The notes under the pieces: generated by a model
Databases searched by the model: none
What the model saw: the letters and a program-made list of their open reading frames with translations, nothing else
What the model was told of the DNA's origin: nothing
In this document: piece by piece, positions 13,055-22,389 of the stretch
Layout: each line of letters starts with the position of its first letter
Position numbering within the stretch: position 1 is the first letter of the stretch
Position numbers and translations under genes: made by a program
DNA from: an uncultured Planctomycetota bacterium
GTDB lineage: Bacteria > Planctomycetota > Planctomycetia > Isosphaerales > Isosphaeraceae
DNA: 64,000 nt
Direction of reading: 5' to 3'
NCBI GenBank assembly: GCA_963845755.1
Contig: CAWJTV010000011.1
Location: 128,001 to 192,000 of the forward strand

Positions 13055-13579
13055 ATGCACTTCTGCCACGACACCATCTGGAAGGGAGTCACGACGACGT
13101 TCGTGGGCATCGCCGCGACGATCTACGGACTCGCGGGCCGGATCATTCTCGCCGCCACGGCGGTCAAGCCTCTCTACGGGGCGGCGTCCGACGCGATGCC
13201 GATCACAATGTCGGACATCTCGACGCTCGTAGGGTTCATCACGACAATCGGGGGCGGCATCTGGACCTGGTTGTTGCTGCAAAAGGCGAAGGCGACCGAT
13301 GCTCGACGAGAGGAAGCTCGCAAGGACGCCGATGCGGCGCGGGATCGGCGGGTCGATGACCGGATGGCCGATATCCAGCTCATGGTTGCGGAAGGGCTGG
13401 CCAAGATCCAGCTCGAACACGTCAAAGTCCATGCGACGGTGCAGGAGCACACAGCCGCGATCCAGGCGATGACGCATGGAGCCGCGATGACCGAAGTTCC
13501 GGCCGCGAACGTGCGGAAGAGAAGCGGCGGTGTTGCTGGGAATGCGCAAGATTCTCCGAACGAACACCCAGTCCGCTGA
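13055..13579 (+). CDS. Membrane protein with coiled-coil tail (holin/antiholin-like)
   Basis: Two hydrophobic segments followed by a charged helical stretch (ARREEARKDADAARDRR). Confidence 0.5.
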   Translation: MHFCHDTIWKGVTTTFVGIAATIYGLAGRIILAATAVKPLYGAASDAMPITMSDISTLVGFITTIGGGIWTWLLLQKAKATDARREEARKDADAARDRRVDDRMADIQLMVAEGLAKIQLEHVKVHATVQEHTAAIQAMTHGAAMTEVPAANVRKRSGGVAGNAQDSPNEHPVR

Positions 13580-13887
13580 GGCTGCCAGCCGATCAAGCCG
13601 AGACCACGCCTCACGGAATCGCGAACAGCACGATGCCGCATGTGATCCACCCGGCCATTGCCGCCAGGTCCTGAATCCTTTACTGCGAACAGCCTGGAGA
13701 TCTGGAGATCGGGCATCCGGTCTCGTCTCCGGGAAGGACAACCGGCCCCGTCCACGCTCGACACCGATCAACGCCCGGCGCAGCCTCTGAGGTTCGACAT
13801 CCGGTTCGCTGTCGCCGCCGTCGTGACCATCAACACTCCGTTCACTCCTTATCGCGGGTTCGCCCGTCCCTGGAGATTGTCCTGGCC

Positions 13888-14166
13888 ATGAAATTTACCG
13901 CCTTCTTGCTCGTCGTCGTCAACGGTTACAAGACGTATGCCTCGGCAATCCTCGCAGTCGTCGCGGGATTCGGGATGATCCTCACCAAGGACTACGAGGG
14001 GATCGTCTCTCAGCTCTTCCAGGCCCTCATCCTCATCTTCGGCGGCACGAGCGTCGTTGGCTTGAGGCATGCGGTGGCCAAGCTCGAGCGACCCAGCCAG
14101 GTGGGGTTGAGGCACGCCGTGGCCGAGAATTGTCCCAACAGCAACATCGCTGGGAATACCAATTGA
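13888..14166 (+). CDS. Small two-TM holin-like protein with duplicated C-terminal octapeptide
   Basis: GGAG RBS; NGYKTYASAILAVVAG, second TM, then VGLRHAVA twice. Confidence 0.55.
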   Translation: MKFTAFLLVVVNGYKTYASAILAVVAGFGMILTKDYEGIVSQLFQALILIFGGTSVVGLRHAVAKLERPSQVGLRHAVAENCPNSNIAGNTN

Positions 14167-14229
14167 CAGCTCGACTGTTCCCGAAGATACGAGGCCTGGA
14201 TCGACCGTACCGACAATTACGAATGAACA

Positions 14230-14600
14230 TGATCGACGCTCGCTGATTCAGAGGACCAATGCGGCGAGGCGTCGCCGCTTCGAGCCGGATGACGCTTGCC
14301 CGCGACCCAACAACTCGGCTATCTGGCTTACAGCATTCGATGAGTCGTTCCATGTCACCACGACCACGGATTACAAGCCCGGACTTCCCGTGCATCTGGC
14401 CGTCAATCCGGGTGTCCACCGAGGTACCAGCCAGCACGGGCTTCGACCCCGACTCGCCGGCCGGGAACATGTTGCCACAGTTTTCGACAGCTCCTTCGCC
14501 TCAGGAGAGTCCGCCGAAGCCAAGGTCATGCGTATGCGATCCCGAGAACTCCGCAAGGTCGGAATGACCTACGTGATGGGCTCGATGAAGCCGGCGGAGC
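14230..14600 (+). pseudogene. Eroded remnant of terminase large subunit (linker and start of the nuclease domain)
   Basis: Startless open frame SLIQRTNAARRRRFEPDDACPRPNNSAIWLTAFDESFHVTTTTDYKPGLPVHLAVNPGVH...HVATVFDSSFASGESAEAK. It resembles the TerL 'FD..HV...(Y/F)..P.P.hhhDxG' junction and lies directly before the portal; no ATPase domain upstream. Confidence 0.6.
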
Positions 14601-14849
14601 ATTGCCGACTCTGCAACGAGGTGAAAGTAGAGGGCTTCCTGATGCGACTTCGATACTCCTGGCTCGACCTTGTGACGTACCCGATCACCTTTGTGCTCCT
14701 GGCGCCCTGGCCTGGCATTTGGTCCGAATCCTACTCGATTTCCTGGGCTATCCGACCATGGATCGATGACCATCGATCGTGTGGTGCCCGCGGCGCACTC
14801 GACAATCCGGGGTTCGCTGACGACCCTCTTCACCAAGCATTATCACCCT

Positions 14850-16778
14850 ATGCCATTCGACTGGCTCAAGAAATCGACGTCCCCCCAGCCGGGGCGCGGC
14901 ACTAGCCGCGATGGGAGATTCGTGGTGAACACGGATTCGCCCTCGGCCGGGCCGAGGCCTGACGAGGATCTCGACGGCAAGCTCGTCGTCCAGCGCCGGC
15001 ACGTGGACTGGCTCGAGCACCAGATCCGCTGGCGGTGGCTCCTCGACAGCTTCGAGGGGGGAGACCGCTACCGCAACGCGGTCTACGGGCCGGACCGACG
15101 CGGCCTGCCGACGCGGAACCTGTTCCGGCACAAGCGCGAATACCCCGACCCGCAGATGTACCCCAACGTGTACCAGGGGTTCGCCGGGTTCCTGGGGAGC
15201 GTCAACGCGCAGACGCAAGATGTCGGATACGGGCCCTATCCCGGCATGATTGGAGCCGACCCGGCCGCGACGGCGCAGGACGATGACTACGAATACCGGC
15301 GCAGCCGGACGCCCATTCCCGAATTCGTCGCCGAGGCCGTCGAGATCCACATGGCGAAGGTGTACGACCAGGAGGTCGTGCGGGACGGGCCCGACGACCT
15401 CAAGGGATGGTGGAGGGACGTGGACGGCCGCGGCACGCCGATCGACGACTGGATGCGGGAAACGCTCGCCCCACTCCTTCTGGTCCTCGGCTGCATCGAT
15501 GTCTGCCTCGACCATCCCCAGGCGCCACCGGGCGAGACGATCCGCACCCGGGCCGATGAATTGCGATTGGGTCTCGACCGATGCGTCGCCAGCTACATCC
15601 TCCCCGAGAACATGGTCTGGTGGCGAAACGATGCGGCAGGGCGATACCTCGAATGCCTGGTACGCGAATACACGAATCCCTCGGATCGCGTGGATTACGA
15701 TAAGAACGGCAACGCGATCGACCCCCAGGACCCGGGAAACGTCGGCGAAGCGTGGCGGCGGAACTATGTGAGATATCGCCTCTGGCGGCCCACCGAGTCC
15801 ATCCTCTTCTCCTACGATGGGGGCGAGATTATCGAGCGCGTGCCGCATCCGTTCGGCCGCGTGCCGATCGTACGGTTGGTGGACCTCCCGCGGCACCGGA
15901 CCCCACACATCGGCAAATCCCGGTATGAGGCGATCGCCGAGTACCAGCGCGAGTATTACAACCGGGACAGCGAGCTGATCCTTTCCGACACCTTGCAGGC
16001 CCACCCGTTCCTATCCGGGGCGGAAGATTTCTGCAAGAGCGACAACACCCTCTCGGTCGGCCCGGGCTATGTACTCCCGATGAAGAAGAATCCGGAGTCG
16101 GGCTCGTACCAGGGGTGGGAGTTCGTCAGTCCCCCTAAAGACCCGGCTGAGTCGCTACGGCGGAACAAGGAGGACATCGTCGAGATGAAGGATCGCCGGG
16201 CCTGCCTCATGAAGCCGGCTGGAGCTACAGGCTCTTCTACCATCAGCCAGTCCGGGATCTCCAAGCAGCTCGACGCCGTCGCGGGTCACAAGCTATTCGG
16301 CGCCATCGCGAAGTCGCTCGCAAAAGCCGAGCGGTTCCTCGCCGAGTACGCCGCCATGGTGCTCCGGAACGCCCCCATCGGGCGAGAGGAACGGGAGCAG
16401 ATCCGCGTGACTTACCCGGCACGGTTCGAGCTGTTCGCGGCCACAGAGCTGATCGACAACCTCACCAAGCTCCAGGTCACGCTGAAGTCGGCCGGCGAGG
16501 CCCCGAACACCGAGCGCGAGATCCTCCAGGCGATCGTCCGCCAGACGCTCCTTGGCCTGACCGACTCGGAGTACGAGCGGCTTGACGACGAGCTCGAACT
16601 CATGGTCAAGACCAAGTCGCGACTGAAGGAGCCGGTACAGGAGATGGCTGATGCCGGCGTCTCGTCCCAAGCCGAGGCGATGCAAGGACCCGGATCGGCC
16701 GAACAGGCCGCGGGCGAGGACCCCACCGGTCAGTCCGGCGGGACGTTGGTCGGCAACATGATCCCCAGTGTGATGTAA
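14850..16778 (+). CDS. Phage portal protein
   Basis: 642 aa; WWRDVDGRGTPIDDWM, IERVPHPFGRVPIVRL, SGISKQLD, IRVTYPARF (portal-like motifs); acidic/Gly tail; position upstream of scaffold and capsid. Confidence 0.8.
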   Translation: MPFDWLKKSTSPQPGRGTSRDGRFVVNTDSPSAGPRPDEDLDGKLVVQRRHVDWLEHQIRWRWLLDSFEGGDRYRNAVYGPDRRGLPTRNLFRHKREYPDPQMYPNVYQGFAGFLGSVNAQTQDVGYGPYPGMIGADPAATAQDDDYEYRRSRTPIPEFVAEAVEIHMAKVYDQEVVRDGPDDLKGWWRDVDGRGTPIDDWMRETLAPLLLVLGCIDVCLDHPQAPPGETIRTRADELRLGLDRCVASYILPENMVWWRNDAAGRYLECLVREYTNPSDRVDYDKNGNAIDPQDPGNVGEAWRRNYVRYRLWRPTESILFSYDGGEIIERVPHPFGRVPIVRLVDLPRHRTPHIGKSRYEAIAEYQREYYNRDSELILSDTLQAHPFLSGAEDFCKSDNTLSVGPGYVLPMKKNPESGSYQGWEFVSPPKDPAESLRRNKEDIVEMKDRRACLMKPAGATGSSTISQSGISKQLDAVAGHKLFGAIAKSLAKAERFLAEYAAMVLRNAPIGREEREQIRVTYPARFELFAATELIDNLTKLQVTLKSAGEAPNTEREILQAIVRQTLLGLTDSEYERLDDELELMVKTKSRLKEPVQEMADAGVSSQAEAMQGPGSAEQAAGEDPTGQSGGTLVGNMIPSVM

Positions 16779-16885
16779 GAACAAGGGGTGTCGAGAGTCG
16801 GGCTGTGCGCATTGCGAACGGAAATCGCCTACCCAGACTCTCCACCCCATCCTCTAGACCGTTTGACAAACGCCCAATATCTGAA

Positions 16886-17114
16886 ATGCCCACTCTCACC
16901 TCCAATCAGGCCCAATGGCTCACGTTGGCGTTTGTCGTGGCTGTCACCATCCTGGTGGTCGGCTATGACCTCCTGGCCATCCACACCTATGGTGTTGAGG
17001 CATCGATTTCTCGGGTACTGCGGCGTCTCTTCACCCGGTACCCGACGCTATTCGCCGCGATGGTGTTCTGGATGGGCGTTCTGGTGGGGCATATCTGGCT
17101 GTCGAACGGAGTAA
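16886..17114 (+). CDS. Small two-TM protein (frameshift at the very end)
   Basis: WLTLAFVVAVTILVVGYDLLAI and LFAAMVFWMGVLVGHIWL. Confidence 0.6.
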
Positions 17115-17121
17115 TCGATCG

Positions 17122-17538
17122 ATGTTTGTGCTGCCGAGTCTTGGACTGGCGATCTGTCTGGGATGGCCGCAGACACCGCCGTTTCTCGCCGACCTGGAAT
17201 TCGCGATGGCGGTCGAGGAGTCGGTCATGGGCGAGCCGGGCGCGAGGCCGCCCGAGCCCTACAAGGGACTGATCGAACGACTCGGCTCGGACTGCTTCCA
17301 GTGTCGCGAGATTACTTCTCAGAAACTCCTGAGGGCCTCGCGGTTCGACCAGCGATGGCTGTTCTGGGGAAGGAAGCATCGCGACCCCGAGGTGCGGCTC
17401 CGAGCGAATGCGATCCTCCGCAGGATCAACCCATGCTCGTCTTGCGGAGGCAGCGGGGAGTCTCGCCACTATACGGGATACCCGTGCTGGGATTGTCAGG
17501 GGTGGCGGACGATCTGGTTGTGGTCGGCCTGGGATTGA
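17122..17538 (+). CDS. Hypothetical protein with a HEAT-like repeat and CxxCxGxG...CxxCxG zinc finger
   Basis: LIERLGSD..CRE, HRDPEVRLRANAIL, CSSCGGSG, CWDCQG. Confidence 0.55.
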   Translation: MFVLPSLGLAICLGWPQTPPFLADLEFAMAVEESVMGEPGARPPEPYKGLIERLGSDCFQCREITSQKLLRASRFDQRWLFWGRKHRDPEVRLRANAILRRINPCSSCGGSGESRHYTGYPCWDCQGWRTIWLWSAWD

Positions 17539-17563
17539 ATGATTTGACGACAGGAGGCTAATC

Positions 17564-17785
17564 ATGCCTGAGACATCGGCGTCCATCAGCGACTCGGCCG
17601 TCCTTCCGGACTCGGCGACCGTCGCTGTCATTCTCGATGCTGGGGCGGCAAGATCACTGTTGGCGAGCCTGGTGAGCGGCGGCTCTCCTCGCCCTGAGAT
17701 AGCAAAGACCGTCTCACTCGCCCTGGTGGAAGCGTTAAATGTGGCAGAGAGCGGGGAAAGAGCCGATGACACCTGTATCTTCTGA
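17564..17785 (+). CDS. Hypothetical protein
   Basis: Strong AGGAGG RBS; 73 aa ORF. Confidence 0.45.
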   Translation: MPETSASISDSAVLPDSATVAVILDAGAARSLLASLVSGGSPRPEIAKTVSLALVEALNVAESGERADDTCIF

Positions 17786-17867
17786 GCATCGGCACTCGCG
17801 ACCTCTCGTTGGAACTGTCGGGGATTTCGCGCCATCTGGTTGTAGCTGGTTTGGGACTGAAACATCC

Positions 17868-18629
17868 ATGCGTATCGAAGCAGTTATGGTCTGCATCGGG
17901 TACGGCGACTTCCTCGCTGTTACCGCGAGCGAGAACCAGCATCTCCTTGACGACCTGGTCGTCGTTACGTCACCGGACGATGATGAGACCCGCGAGGTGT
18001 GCCGCCGGTACTCTCTTCGGCACGTCTTGAGCGAGGACCATCGTCGCGGAGGGCCGTTCAACAAGGCCCGGCTGATCCAGCGAGGATTCGATCAGATCGG
18101 CGCGAGGGACTGGGTCTTGCACCTCGATGCCGACATCGTGTTGCCGCGCCAGTTCCGCACTCTGCTGGAAATGGCGCACCCCGACGAGCGGGCGATCTAC
18201 GGAGCCGACCGATGCAACTTGGTCGGCTTCGAAGCCTGGCAACGACTCAAACGAGACAAAGGTTCCTGGGACAATTACTCTTACGAGTCCTACCTCCGGT
18301 TCAACCAGGAGGCCTCGCCCGGATCCCGGTGGTGCTCGAAATTGCACGGTTATGTGCCCATCGGGTTCTTCCAACTCTTCCACGGCTCGGCGATCGTCCA
18401 GCACGGTTACCACATCCGCTCCTATCCGTATCATCACGGCGACGCGGCGCGGACCGACGTCCAATTCGCATTACAGTGGGACCGGCGGTGTCGCCGGCTC
18501 TTACCCGAGGTAATCGTGCTCCATCTGGAGAGCGAGCCGTCACCCCTCGGAGCGAACTGGCGGGGCCGGACGACGGCCCGCTTCGGTCCGCGCGCGGGGA
18601 CGCCTCCACTCGTCAGCAGCGTGAGCTGA
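17868..18629 (+). CDS. GT-A fold (family 2-like) glycosyltransferase
   Basis: AVMVCIGYGDFL, LVVVTSPDD, FNKARLIQRG, DWVLHLDADIVLP (DxD motif), IGFFQLF. Confidence 0.75.
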   Translation: MRIEAVMVCIGYGDFLAVTASENQHLLDDLVVVTSPDDDETREVCRRYSLRHVLSEDHRRGGPFNKARLIQRGFDQIGARDWVLHLDADIVLPRQFRTLLEMAHPDERAIYGADRCNLVGFEAWQRLKRDKGSWDNYSYESYLRFNQEASPGSRWCSKLHGYVPIGFFQLFHGSAIVQHGYHIRSYPYHHGDAARTDVQFALQWDRRCRRLLPEVIVLHLESEPSPLGANWRGRTTARFGPRAGTPPLVSSVS

Positions 18630-18702
18630 CGCCCTCGAATCCGCCCTCAGACCATCACGCTTCACCAGCTACATCAGGGACACCTCCACCGCGGAGTATC
18701 GT

Positions 18703-19452
18703 ATGACCGAAGCGACCCTCTCGACGCCGGTAAACCCGGCAACCCCCGTCCAGGCCACGGCGCCAATGGCGGCCCCGACGGTTTCGTCGGCGACCGCAAC
18801 GACCCAACAGACCGTGACGATCCCGCTCGAGCAGATCCAGGCCTTCACGAGCATGCAAGCCAGGCTGGCACAGCTCGAGATCGAACAGCGGAGCCGCGAT
18901 CAAGCCGCGCAGCAGGAGCAAGCACGGGTTATGGCCGAGAAGGGCCAGGTCGAGAACGCCTTGCGGATGCTCCGCGATCAGTCGGAACAACAAGTGCAAG
19001 CCGAACGGGCGAGGCTCGTGCAGGTCGAGGACCGCGCCAAGCGATATGCCCTGGACGGTGAGTTGTCCCGCGCCCTGGCCGCGTGCAACCTGGTCCCCGG
19101 CGGTGCGGAGCAACTGACTCAACTCTGGCGGAACCAGTTCACCGTCGAAGCTCAGGGGGATAGTTTCACGGTGCGTACGCCGACGTTCCAGTCGGTCGGC
19201 GAGTTCGTCTCTCAGCAGCTTGCCCGTACCGAGTATTCCCATTTCCTCCGGGCCCAGAACCCAGGCGGGGGTACCGGCGGAGTCCAGCCGTCGGCACAGA
19301 CACCACCGAGCACGCCCGCCAACCCGGCCCAGATGCCACAACCGAAGAACATGGGCGAGGCCGTCATCCTTCACATGCAGGGCATGCAAAAAGCCCAGGG
19401 TGACCCGAGGGCCAACATGACCCTGCCGATGGGACTCAAGGCCGCGCGGTAA
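18703..19452 (+). CDS. Capsid scaffolding protein
   Basis: Gln/Glu/Ala-rich coiled coil, 'YSHFLRAQNPGGGTGG' and Pro-rich tail; immediately before the capsid gene. Confidence 0.7.
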   Translation: MTEATLSTPVNPATPVQATAPMAAPTVSSATATTQQTVTIPLEQIQAFTSMQARLAQLEIEQRSRDQAAQQEQARVMAEKGQVENALRMLRDQSEQQVQAERARLVQVEDRAKRYALDGELSRALAACNLVPGGAEQLTQLWRNQFTVEAQGDSFTVRTPTFQSVGEFVSQQLARTEYSHFLRAQNPGGGTGGVQPSAQTPPSTPANPAQMPQPKNMGEAVILHMQGMQKAQGDPRANMTLPMGLKAAR

Positions 19453-19568
19453 TTCCGTCCTAAATCGTTTTCCACTGTCGTTTGATGCCCAAGTGACGGC
19501 CTTCGAGGCCATGCCGGCCGGGTCTAGTGCGACCCGAGAACCGCGGTTGCACTCAGGGACTCCAATCC

Positions 19569-20789
19569 ATGGCCGACTTTTTGCAAGGGTTCCTCGGAAC
19601 TCAGCAAGCTGGTGTCGAGGCACGAAATGATGTTACCGTTGCGATCAGGAATTGGTTTGCTAACCGCAACCCGCTCGTGACCCGCTTGCCGTATGTCCCG
19701 GTCGAGCGTGTCGACTTCCAGATGTACACGCACAAGTACCGGGCGCGGAGCACCACGCTGAATGCCGCGATCTCCAGCAGCTCTCAGACCAGCCTGACGC
19801 TGGCCGACGCCACATTCCTGATGAACCACGACGTCCTGGAGCTGGTCAACCCCAGCGGCAACGTCGAGCGCGTCCAGGTCAGCGGCGATCCGACCAGCCC
19901 GACCACGGTCAACGTGACCCGCGGTCTCTATACCGAGGTCTTGGGGGCGGTCACGCTCCCGAGCGGGTCCAACAACTACGTGACCGGCCTCACCACGTTC
20001 ACGACCGGAAATACCGTCAACCTGATCGGCAACAGCCGGACCGGCGCGGAGGTTCAGCAGACCGGCCTGACCACGATCGGCGTGGCCCGCACGCAGTATT
20101 GCCAGACGTTCCAGTTCCCCGTGCAAATCGGTGGATCGGCCCAGACGGCGCGGGCGCAGGTGATGCCCGGCGGCATCCAGACGCCGTTCGACTTCAACAT
20201 GACCGTCCAGCTTCAGAACATGGTGGACGACATCGAGAACTCCGTCTACTACGGCGTTGCCCAGGCGCCCAGCGACAGCGCCGGCGTCACGGCCAAGATG
20301 AACGGATTGCGGTCGATCTTCGTGACCAACAATATCTCGACCTGGACCAACACGACGCCGGTCAACGCCGCGGCCTATGGCTCGACCGACCTGATCCGCG
20401 ACACGCTCCAGGTGGCCCGGTCCGGCGGCGGCGAGCCGGACCTGCTCGTTGTCTCGACCAATTTCATGAGCGGGTTCGCGACCTGGGGGCAGGCGATCCA
20501 GCGCGTCCCGGCCGGCGAGACCGTCTTCGGCACGCCCATCAACGTCCTGGAGGCGCCGTTCTTGCACGGCGTCACGATCGTCGAAGCCCCGCTGTTGCGG
20601 CCCTACACGGCGATCGCGCTGACCAGCTCCGAGGTCTACATCCGCAACAAGCGGAACCCGTTCTGGCAGCTCCGCGGCAGCCGCGGCGATATGGTCGAGG
20701 GAGACTGGATCGCCGAGCTGGCGATCGAGGTCGTCAACGAGTCTCATCACGCCTGGGTTGAGGGCATCACCGCCTTCAGTGCGAACTGA
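19569..20789 (+). CDS. Major capsid protein (resembles the SU10/DUF5309-type family)
   Basis: 406 aa; RTQYCQTFQFPVQIGGSAQ, MVDDIENSVYYG, KMNGLRSI, GDMVEGDWIAELAIEVVNESHHAWVEGI; highly biased codon usage; follows the scaffold. Confidence 0.8.
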   Translation: MADFLQGFLGTQQAGVEARNDVTVAIRNWFANRNPLVTRLPYVPVERVDFQMYTHKYRARSTTLNAAISSSSQTSLTLADATFLMNHDVLELVNPSGNVERVQVSGDPTSPTTVNVTRGLYTEVLGAVTLPSGSNNYVTGLTTFTTGNTVNLIGNSRTGAEVQQTGLTTIGVARTQYCQTFQFPVQIGGSAQTARAQVMPGGIQTPFDFNMTVQLQNMVDDIENSVYYGVAQAPSDSAGVTAKMNGLRSIFVTNNISTWTNTTPVNAAAYGSTDLIRDTLQVARSGGGEPDLLVVSTNFMSGFATWGQAIQRVPAGETVFGTPINVLEAPFLHGVTIVEAPLLRPYTAIALTSSEVYIRNKRNPFWQLRGSRGDMVEGDWIAELAIEVVNESHHAWVEGITAFSAN

Positions 20790-20930
20790 CGTTCGCACTG
20801 AAGGCGGAAAGGCTGAAGGATTAATAAATTTAGTCTTACTCATCTTTTATCCTTCAGCCTTCAGCCTTCGGCCTTCCTTGAAGAACCCCCATCCGGTCCT
20901 TCGGATCACCTTCCCCCACAAGGGGGAAGG
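20770..20930. repeat. Hairpin complex after capsid gene: 17-bp perfect IR, GAAGGCT/AGCCTTC heptamer IR and REP-like stem
   Basis: CCGCCTTCAGTGCGAAC-tgac-GTTCGCACTGAAGGCGG (20770-20807); 20800-20820 versus 20850-20869; CCTTCCCCC-acaa-GGGGGAAGG (20909-20930). Confidence 0.8.
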
Positions 20931-20955
20931 AAACAACCAGGAGCGAAGCGAAGCT

Positions 20956-21442
20956 ATGTGGCGATTCCGGGGAAGCCCGCACTACATCGACCAGCAGGGG
21001 GATCGCCTGGGCGTTCCCAAGATCCTGACCGACCGGGCGCGGCACAACCCGGAGATCTACCGGGTTTCGGTCCTCATCGGCCAGCTTTGCGAACGATACC
21101 ATCGAGCCCCGAAGGACAACGGGCTGCACGGTCGTATCGCCGGCCGAGCTGGCACAGATCCGGGGCACCCTTGGTCAGTGCGAGCAGGAATTGGAGAAAC
21201 TCCACGTCCTGGCGGCCGCCTCTCAAGTCATCGTCGATGAGGCTCACCGTGCCTTCGGGCTCACTCCTCCGGACCGCCGTTTCCGAGTTCGTTGTGATTT
21301 CGACGATCTACCCGAACCTGCCGAGCTCGCCGCCAAGGAAGCACACATCTCTCATGTCTCCTCTGCTACAGGGGAGAGGACACTCGCGTCGAGCTCCGAT
21401 TCAAACACCCACGCGAAACCGAGACACGAGAAGGCACGATAA
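20956..21442 (+). CDS. Hypothetical helical protein (frameshift near 21145)
   Basis: MWRFRGSPHYIDQQGDRLGVPKI... joins ...ELEKLHVLAAASQVIVDEAHRAFG; stop overlaps the next ATG. Confidence 0.55.
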
Positions 21443-22176
21443 TGGCCTACATCAGCCCCGCGATCACCGCCAGCAGCACGACGTTCGCTCAATTCCAAGC
21501 GGGTGGCGCATCCCGGCACCTGGAGAATCTCATCACGGCGAGCTTGAACGGCACCCAAGCCCCTTCGTCCGCGCCGACCCTATCGGTCTCGGGCACCGGA
21601 GGCCTGCTCGCCGCGGGCACGTACCGTCTCATGATCACCGAGACCAACGGCCTCGGCGAGACGACGGCGAGCCCCGAATCAGCCCAATTCAGCGTGACCG
21701 CAGGTCAAATCCCGACGGTCACCTTCCCGGCACTCCAGGCCGGCAATTCGGCTCGCAATGTCTACCTCACGCCGATAGGCGGTCCCAGCGGAAGCGAGCT
21801 CCTTTACGCCTCCGGTATCACGACCAGTACGTATAGTCTCTCATTCGCTGCGCCCTCGAGCTCCTACGCCGTCGCACCGCCAACGACGAATACTACCGGG
21901 CTAACGAGCTCCAAGATCCAGCTCCTCCGGTATGCGAAGACCGGCCAGTTCCAGAAGGTGTGGGACTTCCTCCATGAACTTCTCAGCGTCTTCAACCAGG
22001 GGGATCCCGCGTCCTATCAGAGCATCATGATAAAGCTGCGAGATGTCCACACCGTCTTCGCCATGATGTCGCAACTCTGCGCCGAGGGCGGAACCCTCAT
22101 CGACGCCAACCCCGGCCATTTCGTCAATGTCAGGACAGGGATCGGTGGGACGAGGACCGAACGGACGTGGCCCTGA
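21442..22176 (+). CDS. Putative virion structural (head decoration / beta-sandwich) protein
   Basis: Ser/Thr-rich beta domain 'GGLLAAGTYRLMITETNGLGETTASPES..VTFPAL..RNVYLT'; downstream of the capsid. Confidence 0.6.
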   Translation: MAYISPAITASSTTFAQFQAGGASRHLENLITASLNGTQAPSSAPTLSVSGTGGLLAAGTYRLMITETNGLGETTASPESAQFSVTAGQIPTVTFPALQAGNSARNVYLTPIGGPSGSELLYASGITTSTYSLSFAAPSSSYAVAPPTTNTTGLTSSKIQLLRYAKTGQFQKVWDFLHELLSVFNQGDPASYQSIMIKLRDVHTVFAMMSQLCAEGGTLIDANPGHFVNVRTGIGGTRTERTWP

Positions 22177-22210
22177 CCTCAAACAGTTCTGCAGCATAAG
22201 AATTTTACTT

Positions 22211-22381
22211 ATGAGCAATACACGGATTCTCCGCATAGGACAACACGCCGTGTCCGATCTTGTCATCGTCGTGCGATGTCGCAAGTCATTCAAGCTCCGG
22301 TTCCAACTGGCGATGTGTCTGATGCGCATCGCCGGCCGGATCGGCGGATTCAAGTCGGTGAAGGTGACTCGAGAGAGGTGA
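22211..22381 (+). CDS. Small basic hypothetical protein
   Basis: 56 aa MSNTRILRIG...GGFKSVKVTRER; fills the gap in the operon. Confidence 0.4.
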   Translation: MSNTRILRIGQHAVSDLVIVVRCRKSFKLRFQLAMCLMRIAGRIGGFKSVKVTRER

Positions 22382-22389
22382 GGAATTCC

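Noticed and set aside
14390..14905. 171-aa ORF as a functional gene
   Set aside because: Begins mid-domain without an RBS, and its second half looks random; treated as part of the terminase remnant.
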